A stretch of DNA of 64,000 nucleotides from Deinococcus sp. (GCA_965261005.1 OZ253375.1:1-64000), one strand, 5' to 3'; counted from the first letter of the stretch, positions 33,961 through 46,651 are shown. Translations and numbers: made by a program. The notes: a model not told the origin generated them from the letters alone.

Positions 33961-34634
33961 CCGTCCCGGTCCCGGTCCCAGCCGTTCCTGTCCAAACTGG
34001 GCGCGAGCGCCCGCGCAAGGGCCAAGTCCCCCGGCCCGGTCACCTTGAACAGCCGCGCGTCGCCGGGGACCAAGCGCACCTCGCCGCCCGAGCGCGCCAC
34101 CAAGCCGGCGTCGTCGGTGGCGGCCCAGCTGCTCACGCGCGCCTTTTCGTGGGCCGAGAGCAACACGCTGCGCGCGAAGCCCTGCGGGGTCTGCACGGCC
34201 CACATCTTCTCGCGGGGCAGGCCCTCGGTCCACGTCAACCCCTCGGCGCGCACCAAGGTGTCGGCCAGCGGCAGGGCGGCCGTCGCGGCGCCCACCTCGC
34301 GGGCGGCGGCCAGCACCGCCCGCGCCACGGGGGACGGCAAAAAGGGCCGCGCCGCGTCGTGAATCAGCACCCAGTCGGCCTTGGTGGCCCCCAGCAGACG
34401 CCGCACGCTTTCCTGGCGCGTCCCGCCGCCGGCGATGACGTGTGCGCCGGGCACCTCACCCCGGCACCCGTCCGGGCAGGCCACGATCACCTCGTCCACG
34501 ATGGGGGAGAGCGACGCCACCGCCCGCGCCAGCAGCGTCAAGCCGCCGACCTCGACAAAGGCCTTGTGTCCCAGACCCAAGCGGGTGCCCGCGCCGGCGG
34601 CGGGAATCAGCCCGGCCACCCGATTATCCGTCAC
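33957..34634 (-). CDS. ispD: 2-C-methyl-D-erythritol 4-phosphate cytidylyltransferase
   Basis: PAAGAGTRLG, HDAARP, VQTPQGF, KVT. Confidence 0.95.
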   Translation of the reverse strand: MTDNRVAGLIPAAGAGTRLGLGHKAFVEVGGLTLLARAVASLSPIVDEVIVACPDGCRGEVPGAHVIAGGGTRQESVRRLLGATKADWVLIHDAARPFLPSPVARAVLAAAREVGAATAALPLADTLVRAEGLTWTEGLPREKMWAVQTPQGFARSVLLSAHEKARVSSWAATDDAGLVARSGGEVRLVPGDARLFKVTGPGDLALARALAPSLDRNGWDRDRDG

Positions 34635-35188
34635 GCTTCCCCCCAGCGGCGCATGGTGCCCGTGTCCAGCCCGAACTGGTCGAGCACGCGCGCCGTCACG
34701 AAGTTCAGCAGGTCCTGCACGCTTTCGGGCCTGTGGTAAAAACCGGGGCTGGCCGTCATGATGGTGGCGCCGGCGTCATGGGTGCGCAGCATGTTCTCCA
34801 GCATGGGGCGCGAAAGGGGGTCCTCGCGTACCACCAACACCAGGCGCCTGCGCTCCTTGAGGATCACGTGTGCGGCGCGCGCCACCAGTGAGTCACCCAG
34901 CCCCAGCGCCACCCTCGCCAGGGTGTGGGCGCTGCACGGCACGATCACCATGCCGTCCGTCACAAAGCTGCCGCTGGCCACGCTGGCGCCCAGGTTCTTG
35001 TCGGGATGGACCACGCTGGCAAGCCGCTCCAAGTCCGCCAGCGTGCCGCCGCCCTCGTCCGCCAGAACCTTGGCGGCCCCCGCCGTCACGATCAGGTGCG
35101 TCTCCACGCCCAGGGCGCCCAGCGCCTCCAGCACGCCGCGCGCGTAGGGAATCCCGCTTCCGCCCGTGACGCCGACGACGATTTTCAC
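34631..35188 (-). CDS. ubiX: Flavin prenyltransferase UbiX
   Basis: GVTGGSG, ASGSF, LKERRRLVLVVRE, PGFYHRP. Confidence 0.93.
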   Translation of the reverse strand: MKIVVGVTGGSGIPYARGVLEALGALGVETHLIVTAGAAKVLADEGGGTLADLERLASVVHPDKNLGASVASGSFVTDGMVIVPCSAHTLARVALGLGDSLVARAAHVILKERRRLVLVVREDPLSRPMLENMLRTHDAGATIMTASPGFYHRPESVQDLLNFVTARVLDQFGLDTGTMRRWGEA

Positions 35189-35221
35189 GCTGGAGTTCTC
35201 ATGTTGGGAGTATAGGCAACT

Positions 35222-36661
35222 TCAGCGGACGCGGCGCTTGCGCAGCCGCTCGATGGCGGCGTCCAGCGAAAGGCGCATGCGCTCCAGGGCCTTGGCGAGG
35301 TCGCCGATCTCGTCGTTGTGCTCGGCCACCACCGGCGTGTCCAGCTGTCCGAGGCTGATGGCGTCGGCCGCCACCACCAAGCGCTCGATGGGCTGCACGA
35401 TGCGGCGCGCGGTGCGAATGGCGATCAGGGTCGCGGCCGTCGTGAAGAGCAGCGCCAGCAGGATGTTGGTGATCAGCGATTGGCGCAGGTACGCCTGCGA
35501 CGTATTGGTCAGCACGCCCACGGCCACGCTGTACAGCGGCTTTTGGCCGTTTGCGGCGTTCACGTCGCCGGCCACCTTGCGCACCACGCCTTGATTGTCT
35601 TTGCGGGCGTAGATGCCCACCTGCTGAATCTCATAGTAGTTGGTCGTGGCCTGCTGGTTCTCGGAAGCCTTGATCTTGGCTTCGAGCGCGGCCTGGCTGC
35701 TGCCCAGCTCGACGCCGCTGTCCCTCAGCTGCTGAAGCTGGGCGGCGAAGCGTTCGGACGGCTTTTCCGTGTCCGTAAAGGTGCTGGCGCCGGGATGGGC
35801 GGCGATGTACTTGGTAATCACCGACCCCAAAACCGAGTCGGCGTCGGGGTTTTTGGAGCGAAAGAACTGAAGGCCGCTGGGGGTGCGCACCGAGATAAAG
35901 CCGACGTTGGGCTGTTGCAACAGCGAGCGCAGCTGGGCGTCCAGCGCGAAGGTGTCCTCGACGTTGACGCTGCTGCCCACGCTGGCGGCCAGCGCGCGCG
36001 CGCTGTCGCGGTTCAGGCTGCGTTGGAACTGCTGGGTGCTCAACACGGTGCCAACGGTCCACGCGACGCCGGTTAGGAGCAGTGGCAACACCGTGGTCAA
36101 CACGACCCGCCGCCGCAAGCTGAGCCGCCGCTTGGGCTTTGGCCCGGTCGCCGCCGCCGGCACGGCCGGCAGATCGTCGGCGGGCGGGCGCTCGACAGTC
36201 AGGACGGGTTCGGAAACGGCCAGAGCAGGGCGGTCCGAAACCGGGTTGCTTGAGTTGCTTGAAACCAGGGGACTTGGCGCCGGGCCGGTCAAGGCCGGCG
36301 CGAAGACGGTGCTGGACACTGCCTGCGCGAACGACTCAAAGGTGTCCGGCGCCGCCACTGCCGCGCCACCACTGATCGCGCCGCCAAAGCTGGCCGCGCT
36401 CAAGTTGGGAACGTTCGCCTCGTCGGTGGGCACGTCTCCGGGCAGGTTGTCCAGGATGGCGTTCAGGTCCAGCGCCTGATACAGCGAGAGCAGCGTTTCG
36501 GCGCGCGCCCGGGTGGTGGGCTTGAGCAGGCGTCCCGGTTTGCGGCCGGCCAGCTTGTGGGCCTGCTCGCCACTCAGGCCAAAGCGGGTGGACAGCCGCC
36601 GTGCCAACTCGTCGCGCAGCTCTTCGGGCACGCTTTCCCTGAGCGTCACGGTGTAGCTCAT
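35222..36661 (-). CDS. Membrane protein: cytoplasmic N-domain, linker, TM, periplasmic domain, TM, terminal HAMP with no output domain
   Basis: IVQPIERLVVAADAISLGQLDTPV...DEIGDLAKALERMR, then the protein ends. Confidence 0.85.
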   Translation of the reverse strand: MSYTVTLRESVPEELRDELARRLSTRFGLSGEQAHKLAGRKPGRLLKPTTRARAETLLSLYQALDLNAILDNLPGDVPTDEANVPNLSAASFGGAISGGAAVAAPDTFESFAQAVSSTVFAPALTGPAPSPLVSSNSSNPVSDRPALAVSEPVLTVERPPADDLPAVPAAATGPKPKRRLSLRRRVVLTTVLPLLLTGVAWTVGTVLSTQQFQRSLNRDSARALAASVGSSVNVEDTFALDAQLRSLLQQPNVGFISVRTPSGLQFFRSKNPDADSVLGSVITKYIAAHPGASTFTDTEKPSERFAAQLQQLRDSGVELGSSQAALEAKIKASENQQATTNYYEIQQVGIYARKDNQGVVRKVAGDVNAANGQKPLYSVAVGVLTNTSQAYLRQSLITNILLALLFTTAATLIAIRTARRIVQPIERLVVAADAISLGQLDTPVVAEHNDEIGDLAKALERMRLSLDAAIERLRKRRVR

Positions 36662-37110
36662 GTCAGTCCTTTCGTGAAAAGACGTGCCAGAAACACGCCG
36701 CGTTGCGGCTCGCGCAACTCCAGGGCGACGCAGGAAATCAGCTCGGCGGCTGCGGCGTTCTCGCCGAGGTCGTCGAGGGCGTCCTCAACCAGCACCTCGC
36801 CCACCGGCCCTACCAACTCCACGGCCGTCTTGATCAGCAGCTCGATCAGGGCCGCGCCGCTTGGCGGTGCGGCCCTGTCCGGCGGCGCGGCCTCAGCTGT
36901 TGAAGGGGTTGGCGTGACGGTTTCGGTCGGCCGCACGTCCAACTCACGCTCGATGGCGGCCACGGCGCCGCGCGCGTCCTCCAAGCTCAGGGCGGCGCCG
37001 GCCGCGAGGTCTTCCAGCGTGCGCTGGCCGTCCATCAGGTCGGCCACCCGCCACAAACGGAACGGCAACATCACGCTGCCATCCAGCGGCGCCATGCCCA
37101 CCGCGCTCAC
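36658..37110 (-). CDS. Hypothetical protein (wHTH-like N-domain plus helical C-domain)
   Basis: LWRVADLMDGQRTLEDLA and ELVGPVGEVLVEDAL. 4-bp overlaps with both neighbours. Confidence 0.75.
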   Translation of the reverse strand: MSAVGMAPLDGSVMLPFRLWRVADLMDGQRTLEDLAAGAALSLEDARGAVAAIERELDVRPTETVTPTPSTAEAAPPDRAAPPSGAALIELLIKTAVELVGPVGEVLVEDALDDLGENAAAAELISCVALELREPQRGVFLARLFTKGLT

Positions 37111-38033
37111 AGCGCCTCACCCAGGCCCATTTCATTCAAACCCGGTTCATTCAGGCCCGGTTCATTCAGACTCAGCTCACCCAGACTCAGGCCCCACAGC
37201 GGGTGGGCGCGCAGCGGCTCCAGCGGCAAATCGGCGACGCGCAAGCCGGCGTGCGCCGCCGTGGCCGCGAAGGCGGCCGGCAGCGCCAGCAGCAGCTCTG
37301 CGGCGGGCACGTCCTGATTGACCGTGAGCGCGCCACGCTCGAAGACCACCTCGCGCGCGAACGGGTCCAGGCAGGGATGTTCGTCGGCGAGGTCGAGGCA
37401 CGCGGCGCGCCAATGGGGTTCGGCCGCGAAGCGCTGTCCGGCGAGTGTGAGGGCGGCCCCGTAAAAGGCCGCGATCTCGGGGGCGGTGGCGTCGCGGCGG
37501 TTGGGTGTGAGCAGGCTCACGCGCTCTCCCGGCAGCGGTTCCGGGCCGCCCAGCCGCGCGCCGCCTTGCCAATAGCTGTCGCCGCCGGCCGCGCGCACCA
37601 CGCCGCTGTAAGCGCGCCGGGTCAAGTCGCCGCGCAGGGCGTCCCACGCCCCTGCCGCGGGCCGCTCCGCTGCGGCGCGGCACTGCCACGCGAGGCGCGC
37701 CACCGCCGGGTCGAGCAGGTACAAACTCAGCTCGGCGCGCGGCCAGCGCGCGGCCAGCGCGTCAAAGGCCACATCCTCTTCGGTCCCTTCACCGGCCCCT
37801 TCATCGGCACTTCCCCCGGCCCCAACATTTTCTCCGGCGTAGTGCCCGCCCAGCGGGACGCCCTCGGCCCACAGCGCGCGCGCCCGCCGCCCCTCAAAGC
37901 GTAGTTCGAGCGCGCCGCTCAAGTTGTCACGCCCCTCCAAATCGGCAAAGGCGACCGTCCACGGCCAGTAATCCGTGGGCAGCGCGACGTAGGCAGAACG
38001 GTCCTGAGGAAGCGTTAACCAGACATGAGACAT
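37107..38033 (-). CDS. Hypothetical protein with tandem DUF4388/PATAN-like segments
   Basis: LSGALELRFEG...LWAEGVPLGG and AYSGVVRA...YWQGGARLGG. Family call is pattern-based only. Confidence 0.65.
   Translation of the reverse strand: MSHVWLTLPQDRSAYVALPTDYWPWTVAFADLEGRDNLSGALELRFEGRRARALWAEGVPLGGHYAGENVGAGGSADEGAGEGTEEDVAFDALAARWPRAELSLYLLDPAVARLAWQCRAAAERPAAGAWDALRGDLTRRAYSGVVRAAGGDSYWQGGARLGGPEPLPGERVSLLTPNRRDATAPEIAAFYGAALTLAGQRFAAEPHWRAACLDLADEHPCLDPFAREVVFERGALTVNQDVPAAELLLALPAAFAATAAHAGLRVADLPLEPLRAHPLWGLSLGELSLNEPGLNEPGLNEMGLGEAL
37122..37194. repeat. Imperfect 15-bp tandem repeats encoding the LNEPG-type C-terminal tail
   Basis: CAGGCCCATTTCATT / CAAACCCGGTTCATT / CAGGCCCGGTTCATT / CAGACTCAGCTCACC / CAGACTCAGGCCC. 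Confidence 0.85.
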
Positions 38034-38125
38034 ATTTAATAGAAGTTTAGCTCAGTTTTGGGGTGAGCAACAGCGAGGCGGCCAACGGTCTGCCGTTGGC
38101 CGCCTCGCTGTCCTGAACGCCGGCC

Positions 38126-38758
38126 TTAAAGTTGGGTCAAGAGCGCCTGCACGCGCCCCTTCAAGTCGCCGCGCGCCTCCGGGGCGCCCAACTGGTGCAG
38201 ACCGCCGTGGTAAGCGTCGGGGTCGCCGAACAAGCGGCTGAGCAACTCGAACTCGCGCTGTGAGCGCAGGCTGGCGTCGTCGCGGAACAAGTTGACGTAG
38301 GCGTCCTGGAACTGCCACTCGCTGAGGTCGCCCGCCAGGTAGCCGCGCATCAAGGTCTTGTACGGCTCGACATTGCTTTGCGGGGCACCGCTTTGGGCGC
38401 TTTGGGTTTCCGGCACTTGGGCCTCGGGAACCTGGGCCTCGAACACCGGCGCCAGCGCTTCTGGCGTGATGTCCCAGTTGTCTACGTCAAAGACCGCGTC
38501 CCCTTCCTTGAACAGGACGAACTGCGGCGATTGGTGCTGAATGCCGGTGCGCGTGGCGACGTGGTTGGAGGCGGGGCGCCACTCCACCACCCGGATCACG
38601 CCCACGGGCAGGTCGTAACGCTGCAAAAAGGTCTCCAGCACGCCGAAGCCCTGCATGGTCTTGTGGCAGGTGCCGGCCTTGAAGATGGCCGCCGTGGGAT
38701 TCTGCGCGAGAAAGCCGTCCACGTCTTCGGGGCTGGTCAGGGCGACGAGTTCTTTCAT
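38126..38758 (-). CDS. abxC: Monothiol bacilliredoxin BrxC/YtxJ family with colicin-immunity-like C-domain (Deinococcus AbxC type)
   Basis: [22 protein letters not shown], helical C-domain. Leaderless TACAAT-N6-ATG. Confidence 0.82.
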   Translation of the reverse strand: MKELVALTSPEDVDGFLAQNPTAAIFKAGTCHKTMQGFGVLETFLQRYDLPVGVIRVVEWRPASNHVATRTGIQHQSPQFVLFKEGDAVFDVDNWDITPEALAPVFEAQVPEAQVPETQSAQSGAPQSNVEPYKTLMRGYLAGDLSEWQFQDAYVNLFRDDASLRSQREFELLSRLFGDPDAYHGGLHQLGAPEARGDLKGRVQALLTQL

Positions 38759-38801
38759 GGCCGTATTGTACGCCCCGCTTTGCCAAACGAAGTGACCCGG
38801 C

Positions 38802-39760
38802 TCACGCCGGTCTTTCATCCAGCTGAACGGCCAGCCCCTTGAGGCGCGCCGCCCCCGGGTAATCCTCGCCCGCGCCCAGCCGCTCCAAAACGTGCCCTGT
38901 TCTTCCCGCCGCCGTCAGGCCCCCCAGCACCTCGCGCCCGAAGGCCAGCCTGCCGACGCCCGCGTGGTTGGTCAGGGCCAGCAGCCGCCCGCCGGAGGCT
39001 ATCACTTGGGCGGCCAGCTGGACGAGCCGGGCGTAGTCCTGTTCGGCGCGCCACATCCCTCGCTTGCCACGCGCAAAGCTGGGCGGGTCGAGCACGACCG
39101 TATCGAAGGTTTCACCGCGCCGCGCCCAACGTGCTAGCCAATCGAACACGTCGCCGGCGATGAAGTTCTCTCTCGGCGCGTTGAGGCCGCTGAGGGCGTA
39201 GTTCCCCCGTCCCCAATCCAGCACCCGGCGCGAGGCGTCGAGGTTCACCACCGCCGCCCCGCCGAGGGCCGCCATCACGCCGAAGCCGCAGGTGTAGGCG
39301 AAGGTGTTCAGCACCCGTCCGGCCGCGTTTTCTCGCAACCATGCCCGGGCCGGGCGCGCGTCGGAAAACAGGCCGATGGAGAGGTCCGCCCCCGGCCGGA
39401 TCAAGAAGGGGACGCCGTTCTCAAGAACGGTGAGTTCTTGGAGCCCCTCGCCCCACGCCGGTTCCGGCGGCGAAAGCCGCCCGCGCTCCACGTTCGCCAG
39501 ATGGCGCGCCTCTCTGGGCCGCCGTTTGAGGAAGACCCCCGTGAGGCCCAGCGCCTCGCCGCAAGACGCCGCCAACACCCCCTCGGCCCCCGGCGTGAAG
39601 TCGCGGTACAAGCTCAGAACGCCCACCGTCCCGGCGCGCTCCAGCGAAAAGGCCCCGCCCGTCTCGCCGGTGTGAACGGCGCGGTAAAGGGTGGTGCCCG
39701 CTTCTTGTAGGTGGGCGCGCGGGCGATGGGCGCGGGCGATCAGGGCGCGCAGCTCGGCGC

Positions 39761-39764
<4 letters not shown>
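38802..39764 (-). CDS. Class I SAM methyltransferase (RlmI/RlmK-like)
   Basis: [29 protein letters not shown]. Confidence 0.88.
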
Positions 39765-41104
<1,340 letters not shown>

Positions 41105-41201
41105 GCGCTCAGTGTAGTGGGCGCGAATGAGCGGGTTCCGTTTCGCATTTCCCAAGAAGAGGCCAAGCCACCTTCCCGCCAGACATGAGTAGCATGATGG
41201 T

Positions 41202-42041
41202 ATGGATTGGAAAGACTTGCGGCGCAGCACCAACGTAGAGGACCGGCGCGGCCTTGGGACCGGGGGCGGCGTCGCCATCGGCGGGGGCGGGTTGATCGTG
41301 GTGCTGATCGCCAGCTTGCTGTTCGGCGTCAACCCGCTGACCTTGCTCGGCCAATTGCAGGGCGGGGACAGCGGGGTCGGTCAAGTCCAGCGGACGCCCG
41401 AGAACAACCAGCAGACCGAGTTCGCCTCCCGCATCCTCGGCGACACCGAGGATGTCTGGAGCGCCGTCTTTCAAAAGGCCGGCCGGCAGTACACGCCCAC
41501 CAAGCTGGTCCTCTACGCCGGACAGACGAACGCGGGCTGCGGCTTAGCGAGCGCCGCGACCGGCCCGTTTTACTGCCCGCAGGACCAAAAGGTCTACCTC
41601 GACCTCAGCTTTTTCCGTACCCTCAGCGGCCAGCTCGGGGCGCCGGGAGACTTCGCCCGCGCCTACGTGATCGCGCATGAGGTCGGGCACCACGTGCAGG
41701 ACGAACTCGGCATCCTGGGCGAGGTGGACGCGCGGCGTCAGCGCGTGGGGCAGCGAGCCGCGAACGCCCTCTCGGTGCGGCTGGAACTCCAGGCCGACTG
41801 CTTCGCGGGCGTCTGGGGCCACAGCACCGCCCAGCGCGACATCATCACGGGCGGCGACGTTCAGACCGCTATCGACGCCGCCTCGGCCATCGGGGACGAC
41901 CGGCTGCAAAAGGAGTCGCAGGGCTACGTCGTGCCCGACTCCTTTACCCACGGCACCAGCGCCCAGCGCGCCCAGTGGTTCGGGCGCGGCCTGAAGAGCG
42001 GCGACCTCAAGGCGTGCGACACCTTCGGCGGCGCCCTCTAA
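41202..42041 (+). CDS. Neutral zinc metallopeptidase (YpfJ family)
   Basis: NVEDRR, GPFYCP, AHEVGHH, ELQADC, FTHGTS. Confidence 0.93.
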   Translation: MDWKDLRRSTNVEDRRGLGTGGGVAIGGGGLIVVLIASLLFGVNPLTLLGQLQGGDSGVGQVQRTPENNQQTEFASRILGDTEDVWSAVFQKAGRQYTPTKLVLYAGQTNAGCGLASAATGPFYCPQDQKVYLDLSFFRTLSGQLGAPGDFARAYVIAHEVGHHVQDELGILGEVDARRQRVGQRAANALSVRLELQADCFAGVWGHSTAQRDIITGGDVQTAIDAASAIGDDRLQKESQGYVVPDSFTHGTSAQRAQWFGRGLKSGDLKACDTFGGAL

Positions 42042-42053
42042 GGCGCCCATCCC

Positions 42054-43481
42054 TCAGCGCCCGGGGTTCTCGCGCCCTGGGTCCGTCACCCGGCTGGTGG
42101 CCTCGCCGAGAATGGCCGCGAGCAGCTCCGGGCTGCCCGCCTCGGCGTAGACCCGCACCACCGGCTCGGTGCCGCTGGGCCGCAGCATCACCCAGGCGCC
42201 GCCAAACAGCAGCAGCTTCACGCCGTCCTTGGTGACCACGCCCTCGACGCCCTGCCCGGCCACCTCGGTCCAGCCGCGCGCCCGCGCCAGCAAAGCGGCC
42301 TTGTCGAAGTCGGGGCTGAGGTGGAGGTCGTTGCGGTCATAGAAGTGGCGCAGGCCGGTCAGCCGCTCGATGTCGGCGAACAGCTCGGGCAAGCTCTTGC
42401 CGCCCCTGGCCACCGCCTCCAGCAGCAGCAGGCTGTTCAGGATGCCGTCGCGCTCGGGCACGTGACCGCGCACCGCGAGGCCGCCCGACTCCTCGCCGCC
42501 GATCAGGACGGCCCTCTCCGGGTCGGCCTCGCCCTCCAGAAACGCCTCGGTGATGTACTTGAAGCCCACCGGGGTTTCCAGCAGCTCCAGGCCCAGCACC
42601 TCGCACAGTTTGTCAATAATGCTGCTGCCCGACACCGTCTTGACCACCCGGCCGCGCAGTCCCCGGTTGTAGAGGTGCAGCAGCAACACCGCGAAAATCT
42701 GGTGGGCGTTGAAGTAGCCCCCGCCGGCCACCACCGCCCCCACCCGGTCGGCGTCGCCGTCGGTGGCCGTGCCGAAGGTGGCGCCCTCCTCGGAGGAGAG
42801 CACGGCCGTCAGCACCTCCAAATTCTGCGGAATCGGCTCGGGGTTGACGCCGTAGAACAGCGGGTGCGGCACGCCGTGAATGGGTAAAAAGTTGAGCGGC
42901 AGCTTGGTGCGCCTCACGAAGCCCTCGATCCAGCCGCCGCCCGCGCCGCCCATCGCGTCGTGGTACATGGTGCCCCGGTAAGCGCGCAGGGCGTCGAGGT
43001 CGAGCAACTTCTCCAAGGCCGCGTAGTAGTCGCGCCGGACGTCGAACGGCTCGATCTGGCCGGCGGCGCCCGTCCTGCCCCCCGCACCCAAATTCGCCTC
43101 CACCCCCGCCACCAGTTCCGGGGTGGCGGTGCCGCCGTAGGCCCCCTTGAGCTTGTAGCCGTTGTACTTGGGCGGGTTGTGCGAGGCGGTCAGCATGGCC
43201 CCGCCCGCCGCGCCGTAGAACTTGACCGCGAAGGAGAGGGCCGGCGTCGGCAGGTAGGCGGCGGCCAGCTTGACGTTCAGCCCCGCCCCCGCGAACACCT
43301 CGGCGGCCACCTGCGCGAAGTCGGCGCCGCCGAAGCGGGTGTCGAAGCCGATTACAGCGCTCTGGCCGCCCCCATCCAACAAGGTGTGGGCGTGCGCCGC
43401 CGCCACCTCGCGCAGGTTGTCGTAGGTGAAGTCCTGCGCGATCACGTCGCGCCAGCCGTCGGTTCCGAACTTGATGGGCAT
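42054..43481 (-). CDS. Phosphoglucomutase/phosphomannomutase family
   Basis: FGTDGWR, TASHNP, DGDADR, GGEESGG, RPSGTEP. Confidence 0.95.
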   Translation of the reverse strand: MPIKFGTDGWRDVIAQDFTYDNLREVAAAHAHTLLDGGGQSAVIGFDTRFGGADFAQVAAEVFAGAGLNVKLAAAYLPTPALSFAVKFYGAAGGAMLTASHNPPKYNGYKLKGAYGGTATPELVAGVEANLGAGGRTGAAGQIEPFDVRRDYYAALEKLLDLDALRAYRGTMYHDAMGGAGGGWIEGFVRRTKLPLNFLPIHGVPHPLFYGVNPEPIPQNLEVLTAVLSSEEGATFGTATDGDADRVGAVVAGGGYFNAHQIFAVLLLHLYNRGLRGRVVKTVSGSSIIDKLCEVLGLELLETPVGFKYITEAFLEGEADPERAVLIGGEESGGLAVRGHVPERDGILNSLLLLEAVARGGKSLPELFADIERLTGLRHFYDRNDLHLSPDFDKAALLARARGWTEVAGQGVEGVVTKDGVKLLLFGGAWVMLRPSGTEPVVRVYAEAGSPELLAAILGEATSRVTDPGRENPGR

Positions 43482-43536
43482 GAGGTCTCCTAGAAAACTT
43501 AGCTCTTGATCAACTCAGGCCAGCATAACCGAGCGC

Positions 43537-44829
43537 TCAGCTTTCGTCCCCGGTATTTTCCTTTCCGGCGTGCAGCTCGCGCAGCTTTTGCCACCTGCCG
43601 CGCACGCGCTCTTCCCAGCCCTCGCCGGCGGCGGCGTAGAGCGCGGCGTCCTCCAGCCCCTCCGGCAAGTACCCCTGCGCGAAGCTGCCCTGTGGGTCGT
43701 CGAAGTAGTAGGCGTACCCTTGGCCATAACCTTGCGAGCGCATCAAGGCGGTCGGCGCGTTGCGCAGGTGGGGCGGCACCGGCCGCTGCTCGCCCCCGGC
43801 CAAGTCCAGCGCCCGCTTCCAAGCGGTGTAGACGCTGTTGCTCTTGGGCGCCAAGGCCAGGTAGACCGTCAGCTGCGCGAGCGCGAGGTCCCCCTCCGGG
43901 CTGCCCAAAAAGGCGGCGCTCTGCTGGGCGCTCACGGCCAGGCGCAGCGCCTGCGGGTCGGCCAGGCCGACGTCCTCACACGCCATGCGGACCAGGCGCC
44001 GCGCGACGTACTGGGCGTCCGCCCCGCCGGCGATCATGCGCGCCAGCCAGTACAGCGCCGCGTCGGGGTGCGAGCCGCGCACGCTCTTGTGCAGCGCGCT
44101 GATCAGGTTGTAAAAGTCCTCGCCGCCCTTGTCCATTGCGGGCAAGTGCTTGCCGTAAGCCTCGCTGACCAGCTCGGGCGTGATGGGATCACCGAGCGAG
44201 GCGGCGACCTCCAAGGTGCTCAAAGCGCGCCGGGCGTCGCCGTCCGAGAGGCGCGCGAGCAGGGCAAGGGTCGCCGGCTCGGCGACCGTGCTGGGCAAAC
44301 CGCGCGAATCGCTCAGGGCGCGTTCCAGCAGGGCGCGCACCTCCTCCTCTGTCAGCGGCTCCAGCACCAGCGTCCGGGCGCGCGAGCGCAGGGCCGGGTT
44401 CACCTCAAAGGAGGGGTTCTCGGTGGTCGCGCCGATCAGGGTCAAGAGGCCGCTTTCGACGTGCGGCAGCAAGGCGTCTTGCTGCGCCTTGTTGAAGCGG
44501 TGAATCTCGTCGAGGAACAGGATGGTCCGCTCGCCGCGCCCCCGGCGAAGCAGGGCCTCGTCCACGGCGGCCTTGACGTCGCGCACGCCGGCCGTGACCG
44601 CGCTGAGGGCGATGAAGTGGGCCTTGACGTATTGGGCCACCAGGCGCGCCAAGGTCGTCTTGCCCACCCCCGGCGGTCCCCACAGAATGAGGGAGTTCAA
44701 CCGTCCGCTTTCAAGTAAGCGCCGCAGCGGCTTGCCCGGCCCCAGCAGGTGTGCCTGCCCCGCCACCTCGTCCAAGTTGCGCGGGCGCATCCGCTCGGCC
44801 AGCGGGGCGGGCGGCTCGAAGAGGGTCAC
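43537..44829 (-). CDS. rarA: Replication-associated recombination protein A (MgsA)
   Basis: [40 protein letters not shown]. Confidence 0.95.
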   Translation of the reverse strand: MTLFEPPAPLAERMRPRNLDEVAGQAHLLGPGKPLRRLLESGRLNSLILWGPPGVGKTTLARLVAQYVKAHFIALSAVTAGVRDVKAAVDEALLRRGRGERTILFLDEIHRFNKAQQDALLPHVESGLLTLIGATTENPSFEVNPALRSRARTLVLEPLTEEEVRALLERALSDSRGLPSTVAEPATLALLARLSDGDARRALSTLEVAASLGDPITPELVSEAYGKHLPAMDKGGEDFYNLISALHKSVRGSHPDAALYWLARMIAGGADAQYVARRLVRMACEDVGLADPQALRLAVSAQQSAAFLGSPEGDLALAQLTVYLALAPKSNSVYTAWKRALDLAGGEQRPVPPHLRNAPTALMRSQGYGQGYAYYFDDPQGSFAQGYLPEGLEDAALYAAAGEGWEERVRGRWQKLRELHAGKENTGDES

Positions 44830-45296
44830 GTCCCGGCCCGGTCCTGGCCAGCCCGGTCTTGGGTGTCCAGCCACAGCGTGACGGGGCCGTCGTTCACCAG
44901 CTCCACCCGCATGTCGGCGCCGAAGACGCCCTCTGCTACGGTCAGCCCGAAATCGCGCAGGGCCGCGTTGAAGGCTGCATAGAGCGCGCGGCCCAGCTCG
45001 GGTGGGGCGGCGCCCACGAAGCTGGGGCGGTTCCCGCGGCTGAGGTCGGCGTACAGCGTGAACTGCGAGACCGACAGCGCCGCGCCCCCTCTGTCGCGCA
45101 CGCTCAGGTTCATCTTGCCGGCCCCGTCGGCAAAGACGCGCAACTTGGCGATCTTCCCAGCCAATTGACGCGCCGTCTCCGGCGTGTCCCGCGGTCCCAC
45201 GCCCAGCAGGATCAGCAGCCCTGGCCCGACCTCCCCGACCAGCTCGCCGTCAACGCTCACGCTGGCGCGCGTCACCCGCTGAAGCAAGGCCCTCAA
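44826..45296 (-). CDS. dtd: D-aminoacyl-tRNA deacylase
   Basis: RALLQRV, SQFTL, NDGPVT. TTG start overlaps the upstream stop. Confidence 0.95.
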   Translation of the reverse strand: MRALLQRVTRASVSVDGELVGEVGPGLLILLGVGPRDTPETARQLAGKIAKLRVFADGAGKMNLSVRDRGGAALSVSQFTLYADLSRGNRPSFVGAAPPELGRALYAAFNAALRDFGLTVAEGVFGADMRVELVNDGPVTLWLDTQDRAGQDRAGT

Positions 45297-45553
45297 GACG
45301 CCAGCTTTTCCCGCACGGTGGCGATGGCCCCGCCCAGCAACTCTGCCTCGGTGAAGTCGAGGTTGCCGCGGGTCTTTTCGGCCAGCATGGTCAGGAGGGC
45401 CAGGCTGCGCTCTGCGGCGCGGCGGGCGCGCCCCGGGGTCTCGAAGACGCCGTCGCCGCGCGCCCGCGCCGTCAGGGCGGTGTGCTCGCCCAGCGCGGCC
45501 TCGGCGGTGGCGAGTAAGCTTTGCACCAAGCCGACGAACTCGGGGTTGGACAT
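45293..45553 (-). CDS. DUF1844 family protein
   Basis: [14 protein letters not shown]...E. Leaderless TATCCT-N6-ATG. Confidence 0.8.
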   Translation of the reverse strand: MSNPEFVGLVQSLLATAEAALGEHTALTARARGDGVFETPGRARRAAERSLALLTMLAEKTRGNLDFTEAELLGGAIATVREKLAS

Positions 45554-45591
45554 GGGAGCAGGATATAGGCTGGTGGAAGTGGGAGACCCTG

Positions 45592-46011
45592 ATGACCGAT
45601 CCCCGAACCGTCTTGAGCACCTGGGCGAATCTGCCGAGCGAAGTCCGCGCCCTGGCCGCCCTCATCCAAACCGAGGCGCAGTACCAGGACGCCCTCGCCA
45701 CCTTCGAGGCGGTCTGGAACGAGGTGGGGGAGAGCGCCGATCACCCCCTGGGCAGTTTGTTCGAGCTGTTGCGCGACCGAATCGCGGCCTACGAGGAGCA
45801 GGTGTATCCCGTGCCACCCGCCCCGCCCCACCGCGTCCTGGCCTTTTTGATGGAGCAGCGGGGCATGAACCAGGTGGAGTTGGCCGAGGTGCTGGGGGTG
45901 ACTCAGGGCAGCGTCAGCCGCCTGCTGAACGGAAAGACGGCGCTCTCTTTGAAAGCGGTGCGGACGCTGGTGGCCCACTTTCACGTCGGTCCCGAGATAT
46001 TTCTCGCCTGA
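45592..46011 (+). CDS. HigA-like antitoxin / XRE regulator (orphan)
   Basis: [11 protein letters not shown]...RIAAYE...[23 protein letters not shown] pattern. Confidence 0.82.
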   Translation: MTDPRTVLSTWANLPSEVRALAALIQTEAQYQDALATFEAVWNEVGESADHPLGSLFELLRDRIAAYEEQVYPVPPAPPHRVLAFLMEQRGMNQVELAEVLGVTQGSVSRLLNGKTALSLKAVRTLVAHFHVGPEIFLA

Positions 46012-46651
46012 CCGCGCCGAAGTACATTGGGGCATGGAGCAAACCGAAGTCGTCCGCAAGCAGTACGGCACCCAGGACAAACTGCGCGCCCGCATCGAGA
46101 CGCACCAGAAATATACCGCCGGGCAGGACCTAGAGGCGGTGGTGGACGCGGCGCTGGCCTTGCGGGGAGACGAAAGCCTGTTGGACGTCGGCAGCGGGCC
46201 GGGGGACTTTCCGGGGCGGCTGTGGGCGGGCGGGCACGCCGGGCGCCTGGTCGGGCTGGACCAGTCGGCGGGCATGGTGGAGGCGGCGCTCAGCAAGCAC
46301 CCAGACGTGGAGTTCGTGCGGGGCGACGTGCAACACCTCCCCTTCGGGGACGCGATGTTCGACGTGCTGACGGCGCGGCACATGCTCTACCACGTGCCGG
46401 ACATCGCGGCGGCGCTCTCCGAGTTTCGCCGGGTGCTGAGGCCGGGCGGGCGCTTTCTGGCGGTGACGAACGTCAGCGACAACCTGCGCGGTCTCAAGGG
46501 GGCGATGGGGGAGGCCGCACAAAAGGTCAACTTTGACGTGCCGGACAACGAGCTGAGCGCCGACCTGGGACGCTTTTCCGAAAAAGAAGCCGGTTTGGTC
46601 GAGCGAGCCTTCGGCAACGCCCGGGTCGAGTTGGTGGACAGCGCGCTGGTC

